The notes below the pieces were generated by a model. That model did not search any database and was not told the origin of the DNA. It worked only from the letters and a program-made list of their open reading frames with translations. The position numbers and the translations under genes were made by a program. Positions 56,239 to 64,000 of a stretch of 64,000 nt of DNA are shown one piece after another (the first letter of the stretch is position 1; each line of letters starts with the position of its first letter). Source of the DNA: a virus (lineage: Duplodnaviria > Heunggongvirae > Uroviricota > Caudoviricetes); the IMG/VR virus record IMGVR_UViG_3300014208_000025, positions 116,967-180,966 of that record; one strand, written 5' to 3'.

Positions 56239-56462
56239 ATTTCGTAAGTAAAGAATTCCATGTTACCGAGTTTCCAACTAATTTCAAATGGAACTTGCCA
56301 TCGCCATGCTCCTTGAATCCGATTCTTCATGTGGTTAATTTGAATTTCCATACGTCGTTGTTCAACCTCGTTGGGGTCAATCAAATCAGTAAACCATCCA
56401 TATCTTGGATACTCCCAATTTCCAAGATTCAAAAACGCTAAATAATAAATTCTCTGTCTCAT
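56235..56462 (-). CDS. small hypothetical protein
   Basis: ORF between the primase and Mre11-Rad50 genes. Confidence 0.25.
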   Translation of the reverse strand: MRQRIYYLAFLNLGNWEYPRYGWFTDLIDPNEVEQRRMEIQINHMKNRIQGAWRWQVPFEISWKLGNMEFFTYEI

Positions 56463-57409
56463 AAATTCATCTTCATTTTGATGATGTCAGAAAAGTCAAA
56501 TGGTTTTGACCGTTCGATGATTTCGTTTACTTTTTGAAATCCAAGTTGTGACGGGTCTTTTTCTTTCAACGTGATAAGATGAACGTCAACGTCATAGCCT
56601 TTGAGTTTTTCAATTTCGTCAAAAATTCTGACGGCACTTTTCAAGGCATCATTATCCAAAACAATGTTGACACGCCACACACCATATTTTACGATGGATT
56701 CTCGTAAGCGGTTTGAAATAGTCGTTCCAAACAATGGAATGGCATTACGCCTAACTGATATTCCGTCAAAACTTCCTTCGACCAAAGTAATCGGCTCATT
56801 CCAATTGATGAACAATTCAAACCCCACAATGTCTTTTGACCACGATGGAAGCTTATATTTCATCGGATTGTCGTAATACGCCCGGGCCGCGAAGAAATTA
56901 AGGTTTCCTTCATTGTCATAGGATGGAATGAGGATACGCTTTCTGTATTCGCCTTGTTCACAATAACCAATATTGTAACGGAGGATGTCACATCTTGTCA
57001 CCCCACGACTTCTTAGGTATGACACCGCATTACCGTATTCCATAGATTTAGACGGATTGCGGAGGGAAATGAACTCGTCGGGCAAGGCCAGTATTTGATG
57101 TTTTTCTTCATTCAATATCCTTGGATGGAATTGATATTCACCGACAATTTTGTAAAGTTCGGCAAAATGAATGGAGTTTACCCTTAATTTTTTGAAAAGG
57201 GAACGGATGGATTTTCCAGAAGTATGACAAATCCAACAATTCCATTGTTGAACTTTATTTCCGGACAAACAAATTTCAAGTTTAGGAATTCGTTTACTTT
57301 CATTACAAAAGGGACAGTGATACATTGCTTCAGTACCACCTAAACGTAAACGGGCAGATTGTCCTAAAACTTTATCAATTAGAGAAATTAACTGAATCTG
57401 TTGTAACAT
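56459..57409 (-). CDS. DNA primase (T4 gp61-like, zinc finger plus TOPRIM)
   Basis: CPFCNESKR...CWICHTSG zinc-binding. VEGSFDGISV and VLDNDA TOPRIM motifs (T4 LEGPIDSLF, VLDNEP). Confidence 0.75.
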   Translation of the reverse strand: MLQQIQLISLIDKVLGQSARLRLGGTEAMYHCPFCNESKRIPKLEICLSGNKVQQWNCWICHTSGKSIRSLFKKLRVNSIHFAELYKIVGEYQFHPRILNEEKHQILALPDEFISLRNPSKSMEYGNAVSYLRSRGVTRCDILRYNIGYCEQGEYRKRILIPSYDNEGNLNFFAARAYYDNPMKYKLPSWSKDIVGFELFINWNEPITLVEGSFDGISVRRNAIPLFGTTISNRLRESIVKYGVWRVNIVLDNDALKSAVRIFDEIEKLKGYDVDVHLITLKEKDPSQLGFQKVNEIIERSKPFDFSDIIKMKMNL

Positions 57410-57450
57410 CGCTGGGGATTATACAGGAAACCAACAAAAAGTCAATCCTT

Positions 57451-58482
57451 TTACACGACAGAAATCAAAATACCATTAACGAAGGACATCGTGGTAAAAC
57501 TTTCGCTCACGAAATAAATCTGTTGTGTCAGACCACCAAAAACGTTGCTAGCAGAAACAAAACTAGATGATATTGAATTGTTACTCCAACTAGAGGTTCC
57601 CAACAACAAAGAAGCAGTTATCGTTGAAGCAGATATATTACCACTCACCAATAAACTTGAAGTATTGACTACAAGAATATTAGATGGGACTCCAACTACT
57701 CCATTTCCAATAATAAATAAATTGTTTTCGTTTGAAGATGAAATGTTATACTTACCACTTACATGTTGATAGTCTGCGTTTGCAATAGTACCAAGACCTT
57801 CCGCGTGAGAATAATTTGAGGATGCGGTGGTATTATAACCTTCCGTATGAGAACCCGCACCGGATGCGATTGTATTAAAACCTTCTGCGTGAGAAGAAAT
57901 ACCAGATGCAATAGTGCTATTACCTTCCGCGTGAGAAGAACCAAACCCAGATGCAACGGTGCTAATACCTTCCGCGTGAGAATAATTTGCGGATGCAATA
58001 GTGCCATTACCTTCCGTATGAGAAGCAAGGCCAGAAGCAATAGTGCTAATACCTTCCGCGTGAGAATAATTTGCGGATGCAGTGTTACTATAACCTTCTG
58101 CATGAGAAGCAAATCCCCCTGCTTTTGTAATTTCTCCTTCTGCATGAGAACTAATTGATGTTATATTATTTAATCCATTGTTTAAGGTAGTTATAATTGC
58201 AGTTGAACCACTGATAGTTGTTATTTCCAAATAACTTATGGATGATGAAATAAATAAAGCATTTGACGCCGTTATGAATGATGAAGATATAACCGACGAT
58301 GAAATATATGGTTCGGTTGCATGCGATTCCGTTACATAGGATGCGGTGAATGATGTAACTGTAAGAGATTCTATCAAACTTCCTGTTCCATCAAATAACT
58401 GTCCACCATCTGTAGTGACAAGCATGTGTCTTGTATCAATCGGATGCTTACCTGATAAATCCTGTGTTGCTGAATATGGCAT
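57451..58482 (-). CDS. fibrous protein with tandem SHAEG-x-x-TIASG repeats
   Basis: At least 8 tandem ~18-aa repeats (SHAEGISTIASGLASHTEGNGTIASANY...). The underlying DNA is an imperfect tandem repeat. Confidence 0.45.
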   Translation of the reverse strand: MPYSATQDLSGKHPIDTRHMLVTTDGGQLFDGTGSLIESLTVTSFTASYVTESHATEPYISSSVISSSFITASNALFISSSISYLEITTISGSTAIITTLNNGLNNITSISSHAEGEITKAGGFASHAEGYSNTASANYSHAEGISTIASGLASHTEGNGTIASANYSHAEGISTVASGFGSSHAEGNSTIASGISSHAEGFNTIASGAGSHTEGYNTTASSNYSHAEGLGTIANADYQHVSGKYNISSSNENNLFIIGNGVVGVPSNILVVNTSSLLVSGNISASTITASLLLGTSSWSNNSISSSFVSASNVFGGLTQQIYFVSESFTTMSFVNGILISVV

Positions 58483-58515
58483 GTCTATAAATATAGTGAG
58501 CCAACGGAAATCTCA

Positions 58516-58746
58516 TCAACAATCTAGGTCCAATTGTGATATCATTGGAGTTCTACCATAAATCTGTCTATAACGAGGGGAGTTATGAACGCATCCGTCA
58601 CACAAAATGAACTCTCCGGGATTGAAGAATTTTTCCCAACCCTTCCTTTCGTAAAAACCGGAAGTCAATCTACCATATTCGGTATTCTCCGATCTACCGA
58701 CAATGATTGTTTTACAACGGTCACAAATTAACGTGAGTTCAGTCAT
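58516..58746 (-). CDS. small zinc-ribbon protein
   Basis: CDRC...CDGC. Confidence 0.3.
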   Translation of the reverse strand: MTELTLICDRCKTIIVGRSENTEYGRLTSGFYERKGWEKFFNPGEFILCDGCVHNSPRYRQIYGRTPMISQLDLDC

Positions 58747-59245
58747 ACAAAGACATGATTATAGAATCTCTTATATCTTCTATTCTTTTATCTATATTTC
58801 CTTTTTTATTTAAAACATCAAATCGAGATAAATTTGGTATTATTTTGGGAAGTTCTTGTTTTACTAATTCTTTACCCGATAATCCTTTTATTCTTGCCAT
58901 GCCTAAAACTTTTTTTCGAGCAGTATTAACATTAATCAAATTAATAGGAATCTTTAATTCTTCTGATAGAATATATTCTAAAACAGCATTAAAACGAGAC
59001 AGTTTTATGATTACTTGTTGACTTGAAAACCCTCCAGAAAAACCAGACAGAGCAGCTTCAAGATTTATATGATTAACACTTGAAAAAAGTGGATGTTTAG
59101 AAAAGAAATTAGATATAAACTTTCCCTTTTCCTTGTTCGTTTCAAACTTGGAAATGTCTATAAAACCAGCGTCTTTAATAATAAACACCGACTGTGAAAA
59201 AGCCCATCCACATGTTTGTGTAGAAGCGTCCAAACCTAAAATCAT
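58739..59245 (-). CDS. RuvC-like Holliday junction resolvase
   Basis: MILGLDASTQTCGWAF N-terminus (RuvC ILGIDPG..TGWA pattern with catalytic Asp). 168 aa. Confidence 0.55.
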   Translation of the reverse strand: MILGLDASTQTCGWAFSQSVFIIKDAGFIDISKFETNKEKGKFISNFFSKHPLFSSVNHINLEAALSGFSGGFSSQQVIIKLSRFNAVLEYILSEELKIPINLINVNTARKKVLGMARIKGLSGKELVKQELPKIIPNLSRFDVLNKKGNIDKRIEDIRDSIIMSLYD

Positions 59246-59263
59246 AACGTATTTTGAATATTG

Positions 59264-59491
59264 TTAACCGGCTCCACTATATCGGTGTGGGTCTAAACCC
59301 ATCACCAAACTAGAATTTTTTCTTGGGAATCCGGTGTTTATACCACCCTTGGTAAAACCAACTCCAAACTCGTCACTAAAAAAGTTGGTAAATTCAAGTT
59401 GTTTGGCGTCGTATGCCCCACCAACATGTTGAGTAGCATAACGTTCTTCAAGTCCTTTAGAAAAGGATTCTCGTTGAATGGGGGTAGGCAT
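59264..59491 (-). CDS. small hypothetical protein, tandem paralog
   Basis: MPTPIQRESFSKGLEERYATQHVGGAYDAK...GFTKGGINT is related to the adjacent ORF. Confidence 0.35.
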   Translation of the reverse strand: MPTPIQRESFSKGLEERYATQHVGGAYDAKQLEFTNFFSDEFGVGFTKGGINTGFPRKNSSLVMGLDPHRYSGAG

Positions 59492-59493
59492 AA

Positions 59494-59733
59494 TTACCTA
59501 CGACCGCCGGGAGCATAACGTCGGGCGTCAAACCCCTTCACGTAATAGGAATCCTTCTTTGGAAGGTTGGTATTGGCTCCACCTTTGGTAAATCCATCTG
59601 CGAATTCGTTGCTGAAATCGTCTGACGTTGCTGTTCCAGCAGTTTTCGCATCGTAGGCACCGCCTGCTCGTTGACTTGCGTATCGTTCTTCAATCCCTTT
59701 TGTTAAGGAATCTCGTTGAATTTGTGTTGGCAT
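59494..59733 (-). CDS. small hypothetical protein, tandem paralog
   Basis: MPTQIQRDSLTKGIEERYASQRAGGAYDAK...GFTKGGANT. Confidence 0.35.
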   Translation of the reverse strand: MPTQIQRDSLTKGIEERYASQRAGGAYDAKTAGTATSDDFSNEFADGFTKGGANTNLPKKDSYYVKGFDARRYAPGGRR

Positions 59734-59773
59734 AATTGTTTAGTTCTCCAACTATAAATATAGTAAAATTTGA

Positions 59774-60436
59774 TTAAAGAGACAAATAACTATCACAGAC
59801 CGAACTCGTAACGACCGAATCAAATTCGTTAGTGAAATATCCAATTTCCTGTTGTTTGGAAAAGAGATTTTGTCGTGCCGTCAAGTTTCCATAGCCGTCG
59901 TCTTCAATGGTGTAATCATTATCCAAGGAAGTATCACGAATAACCACGGTTTCTGGAATGATTTTATCTCCAAAAACATGACGGGGAATGTCAAACATTC
60001 TCAGCTTTGTTGCTAGGCGTCTTTTTGTTTTGGAGTTTTCAAAATCCATATTTTCCATGCCGAACAATTTGGTTGGGTCACGATAATTGTTATAAAACGA
60101 AGTTCTAACTTGAGAGTAAACACTTCTCTGATATGTTCCATCTATGTTTACGGGGTCAACATCAGAATAAAATGGGCCGATTAAAGATTCTCCCTCTCGA
60201 TAACCAGCTTGGTCAGCTGGCTGCTGTTCAAGAGCGATTTCACAATGACTACTGGTATAAGGTGTTATATTACCATCACCCCAGTCAATGTATTCAAGAT
60301 CAATCAGTTCACCATCATCCGATCCCGTTGAATCAAATAACAACAAATCAGCATTCTCAGTGTTGTTTAACGCCCAGTCTTTAACCGCTTGAAATGGCGT
60401 TAGACGAACTTGATATCGTTTTAGCTCTTTGAACAT
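59774..60436 (-). CDS. hypothetical protein
   Basis: ORF only. Confidence 0.3.
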   Translation of the reverse strand: MFKELKRYQVRLTPFQAVKDWALNNTENADLLLFDSTGSDDGELIDLEYIDWGDGNITPYTSSHCEIALEQQPADQAGYREGESLIGPFYSDVDPVNIDGTYQRSVYSQVRTSFYNNYRDPTKLFGMENMDFENSKTKRRLATKLRMFDIPRHVFGDKIIPETVVIRDTSLDNDYTIEDDGYGNLTARQNLFSKQQEIGYFTNEFDSVVTSSVCDSYLSL

Positions 60437-60441
60437 ACATG

Positions 60442-63096
60442 TTAGAAATCCATTTTCACCACAATGTTAATTGGAAAATCCGGAGTAATCTTAATAGGAC
60501 TTCCAAGTTTTGCTACGGCTACAAGTTCGGTTCCATTGTATAATCCAACAGTGGTTACATACGGAGCAAGAAAGGAACCCGTTGGATCGGCTTTTGACTG
60601 AACCGAGTAGTTTAAAAAATTGGTATTGATTTGTGGGGCTTGACCACGTATCGTTCTAGCATTCAAAAAATCAATGATGTCACTTAAATACTTCTTCTGA
60701 GAATTTGGAGTCACGTAGGTTTCGTAATTCTGTTGAGTCAACCGATAGATGAAATACTTCCACAAGATGTTCATGTCATTGTTATCAATCTTATTATCTT
60801 CATTGAAATCCAGTTCTACAACCAAAGTGTTGTTGATGTCTGAAAAACTCTTGGAAAATAACGTAGCGGTGTCGGTCCATGATGAAGAATACATGTTGTA
60901 AACGGTAACTTCTTCATCGGTATTGGTGCCAATAATAGAACTGCTCCAATCAGTAATTGGATAGCCTGACGCTTCTGTGCTCTTATATTTCATGTAACGT
61001 AACAACACATCAACATCTTGGAAGTCAAATTGACCGTTGTTGTTAAGGTCATAAAACGATTGTGAAATCGTGACCGCAGTTGGATTGGTACTAACATTGA
61101 ACTCGCCCGGGTCAATTGGACATACGATTTGTTTTTCAAAAATTACCTGTTTAGATTTGAAATTCATGTCGTATTCATATTCATCACCGGTCGCATCATT
61201 TTGGAGAATGCCTTCAAATGCGGAACCTGAAGTCATGATAACCATTTTACCATTACGATAGAAAACATTTCCAACATAGAACTCTTCACGAAAATTCTTC
61301 AAGTTGTAAATGTAAGCTTTACCCGTCAAATCCCCAAGATCATACACACTACCCGTAAAACTGGCGGTATTTGGTGCCAAATCCATAATTCGATTGGAAC
61401 CAGAAATTAACATTGGAGCACCAATCGTGATGAAATTTTCACAAATATCCGTAGCATAACCATAAGCCCGATGTGGATGTAACAAACGTTTCTTGGTTTG
61501 ATATACGTTAGTTATTTCCCAATCTTGACCTGTAGTATCAGGCATTGAGCCTGTCGTCTTATGGAAAAGAACAAACTGACCGTTAATAGCTTCATCGGGG
61601 TCGCCGCAGTAATGTTGTTGATACAATGTACCACGAAGGTAACATATTGATGGTGTCATGTAAAACTTTGGACAACCGGCTACCGCATAATCGCCACAGA
61701 TACTAACCGACCAACCCAAGGTATTATCTTTGAGGATTTTTTCGTTTCCATAGGATTTACGAGCCAAATAATAGCCACGTCCGGCATCAGAACATCGTTC
61801 AAAGAAATAAATGGCGCCTTGATGATACAAAGATGACCCCGTATATTCATAGATGAACCTATCGGTTGGAGCTCCAACTACAATGGTATTGGCAAAAATG
61901 GCAACATCGTGTCCGAAACTGTCGGCGGTATTAATGGAACCAGAAAAATATGGATAAGTTGGGAAAAACGTTAGTGGTTGGATTGAATTGTTATCAGGCG
62001 TCAACACGAAACTTGATGTCCAAAGACCTCCCACCAATTCATAAACATAGGCCCGTGATTGACTGACTTTGGAACTTCCAATCACAAGGCTACCCGTAAA
62101 CGAGCCAGTAGCTTTATTCAAATCTACTGACCAACCAAAGCCATCACCTACTAAAATGTCTCCCGGAGGGGAAATGGTTTGATACAATGACCAACTAGAT
62201 TCGTTGTTTCCAACTTGTTGATACATGAATACCGCACCTTTACTTCCCGATTCATAAATGGAACTGATTGCCAACCAACCATCATTTTTTGATACATCCC
62301 AACCAAACGAATTAGAAACTGAAGTATTTGGGTTATCTAATGTAACAAGAAACGGGTCATCAGATACCACCCCACTTACTCGGAAAACTAAATAACTTGA
62401 ACCGGTCGAATAGTTGGTACCCAAAATTACTTGACCTCCGCCGTTTGATGTTATCGCTAAACTGGTTTTTTGATATGAACTTCCGGATTCCGACGTTTCC
62501 AAAACGACATAACCAAAACTTTGGGATGGTGGAACAGTAGCTACAACCGATAATAATGATGAACTAATTCCATATCCTGTAATTTGTGGTTGTTGCCGAA
62601 CCGCATAGACATCAACATCCAAACGAGTTAAATCAAAAAGATCAACACTTCCAGTTCCTACCGCAACAAAGGATGCGGTATCAATGTTGATGCTACTGGA
62701 AAAATATGGGTTTCCAACCACAAGAATTGTGTTGTGAATATCCAAAGAACGACCATAACCATCTTCGGATGCGGTGTAGTATTGTCCAACATCCAATATC
62801 AAATCCAAATCTGAGGTAACAGGAACCGAACCAGTATATTCGGTGTGGAGAATCAAACTAGCAGTGTCGGTGGTTAAGAAAATGTCTTCTCCTGATGAAA
62901 GAGGACGATACAAAATCCTTTTCAAATCATGCGTATCAGTATTGATGTTGTAACGATATACTTCTACTGAACCAGTTCGTTTAATACTAGCACTAGCCGA
63001 ATTATAACGCAACAAAGCGGGATTGCCGATTGAGGCCCAATTCCCCTCACAGGCTACAGCGTAACCAAAATTTTCATTGTGTATGTTGGCAATCAT
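60442..63096 (-). CDS. large structural protein with FG-GAP-like beta-propeller repeats and two dockerin/EF-hand-like Ca-binding repeats
   Basis: FGWSVDL, LGWSVSICGDYAVAGCP, FGHDVAIFANTIVVGAP, FGWDVSKNDGWLAISS. C-terminal DLNNNGQFDFQDVDVLLRYM and DFNEDNKIDNNDMNILWKYF. Confidence 0.4.
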   Translation of the reverse strand: MIANIHNENFGYAVACEGNWASIGNPALLRYNSASASIKRTGSVEVYRYNINTDTHDLKRILYRPLSSGEDIFLTTDTASLILHTEYTGSVPVTSDLDLILDVGQYYTASEDGYGRSLDIHNTILVVGNPYFSSSINIDTASFVAVGTGSVDLFDLTRLDVDVYAVRQQPQITGYGISSSLLSVVATVPPSQSFGYVVLETSESGSSYQKTSLAITSNGGGQVILGTNYSTGSSYLVFRVSGVVSDDPFLVTLDNPNTSVSNSFGWDVSKNDGWLAISSIYESGSKGAVFMYQQVGNNESSWSLYQTISPPGDILVGDGFGWSVDLNKATGSFTGSLVIGSSKVSQSRAYVYELVGGLWTSSFVLTPDNNSIQPLTFFPTYPYFSGSINTADSFGHDVAIFANTIVVGAPTDRFIYEYTGSSLYHQGAIYFFERCSDAGRGYYLARKSYGNEKILKDNTLGWSVSICGDYAVAGCPKFYMTPSICYLRGTLYQQHYCGDPDEAINGQFVLFHKTTGSMPDTTGQDWEITNVYQTKKRLLHPHRAYGYATDICENFITIGAPMLISGSNRIMDLAPNTASFTGSVYDLGDLTGKAYIYNLKNFREEFYVGNVFYRNGKMVIMTSGSAFEGILQNDATGDEYEYDMNFKSKQVIFEKQIVCPIDPGEFNVSTNPTAVTISQSFYDLNNNGQFDFQDVDVLLRYMKYKSTEASGYPITDWSSSIIGTNTDEEVTVYNMYSSSWTDTATLFSKSFSDINNTLVVELDFNEDNKIDNNDMNILWKYFIYRLTQQNYETYVTPNSQKKYLSDIIDFLNARTIRGQAPQINTNFLNYSVQSKADPTGSFLAPYVTTVGLYNGTELVAVAKLGSPIKITPDFPINIVVKMDF

Positions 63097-63102
63097 AAAT
63101 TG

Positions 63103-64000
63103 TTAACCGCCAGCTAAGGTTCTATCCCAAGAATAGACAAACGACATAGATACTACCTGGGTATTGAATTTTGATTGACTGTTATGAAACAACACGGTTA
63201 TAGCTTGAGCGGTTGATGACCACGGGTCCTCATCGGCCGATTGCATTCCAAGTCCCAAACACCAAATACCACTTGATGTGGTCGTATTCCCAACGTTTAA
63301 TCCAAAACTATTTCCTTTGTAATATCGATAACTACCAGTAACATAATTAGGAGAATAATGCATTGTTGTAGAATTACCAACGACGATTCCGGTTCCACGA
63401 TTTACAGCTTGTCCAAACGGAGCTAACGAGGTTGATATCGAACTAACAAAAATTCCCCGGTTTGTAGCAGATGCGTTTGGATTGATTGGGCTACCTACTG
63501 GACCTGGTTCCAACAAGGCAGTATAAGTTGAAGAAACTCCAGATGCGGCCGAAATGGTAGATGCCAAAAAGTTTTGAATGGATTCTGACGCATGAGTATT
63601 TGAATTAACATCAAAAGGCCAACCAGAAATAGATGCGGTTATTACACGTTGGCTAGTAGGAGTAAATTCCACTGCCAAATCATAAATTAATCGTAACTGA
63701 AAAGAAGAAGAAACAGCTATCGGAATTGGTAAAAGAACACGACTGAAAATTGCAGTGTTTGAAGTTATGGATGGTGCCGTTCCAATCTCAGTATAAAGTT
63801 TATCGGTAGTTTCTGCTGTAAAATCATAAGTTCTACGATAAGTTCTTACATTACCAAAACCTGTAGAACCTGTCGTATCAGTAGAACCACAATTTCCTAC
63901 TCCGGTCAAATATGTAGTGCTTCGTTTTACTTCTTTTTGTAATCCCGATTGAGACGTTTTCCAAATAGTAAACGTTTGATTAGACCCAGATGAAATGGCA
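63103..64000 (-). CDS. hypothetical structural protein, probably 5'-truncated by the window edge
   Basis: The listed start at 63909 is a TTG. The frame stays open to position 64000, so the true start may lie outside the window. Confidence 0.35.
   Translation of the reverse strand, partial: AISSGSNQTFTIWKTSQSGLQKEVKRSTTYLTGVGNCGSTDTTGSTGFGNVRTYRRTYDFTAETTDKLYTEIGTAPSITSNTAIFSRVLLPIPIAVSSSFQLRLIYDLAVEFTPTSQRVITASISGWPFDVNSNTHASESIQNFLASTISAASGVSSTYTALLEPGPVGSPINPNASATNRGIFVSSISTSLAPFGQAVNRGTGIVVGNSTTMHYSPNYVTGSYRYYKGNSFGLNVGNTTTSSGIWCLGLGMQSADEDPWSSTAQAITVLFHNSQSKFNTQVVSMSFVYSWDRTLAGG

Overview
This window looks like part of a large, divergent T4-like (contractile-tailed) phage genome: gene-dense, mostly minus-strand, with a rearranged T4-type morphogenesis core. 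Recognisable core genes are tail sheath (gp18-like), major capsid protein (gp23-like), an acidic scaffold (gp22-like), prohead protease (gp21-like), an intein-containing portal (gp20-like) and the terminase large subunit (gp17-like). Replication/recombination genes include a primase (gp61-like), a single-chain Mre11/SbcD-Rad50/SbcC fusion and a RuvC-like resolvase. There are repeat-rich tail fibre genes, three GIY-YIG homing endonuclease genes and two copies of a possibly new homing-endonuclease-like architecture. Accessory genes include a CCA-adding tRNA nucleotidyltransferase, two 2H phosphoesterases, three proteins with PARP/Tpt1-like ADP-ribosyltransferase-fold motifs, a YbiA/NADAR hydrolase, a Pol-beta-type nucleotidyltransferase, a GMP reductase, a GH24 lysozyme and an SPFH (band-7) lipoprotein with two small membrane proteins. 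The most unusual signal: about 17 otherwise unrelated proteins, including the enzymes above, start with nearly the same 10-residue leader (consensus M-I-K-L-K-x-[LIV]-[LIV]-x-E). Many of their genes are chained by ATGA stop/start overlaps. The leader resembles the T4 capsid-targeting sequence cleaved by the prohead protease after (L/I)-x-E. This suggests a large, enzyme-rich set of capsid-packaged (injected) proteins, centred on a putative RNA-repair / NAD-utilising operon at 15.4-22.0 kb. ORF-track coordinates include the stop codon. All calls rest on motif-level reading of the sequence; no searches were run.
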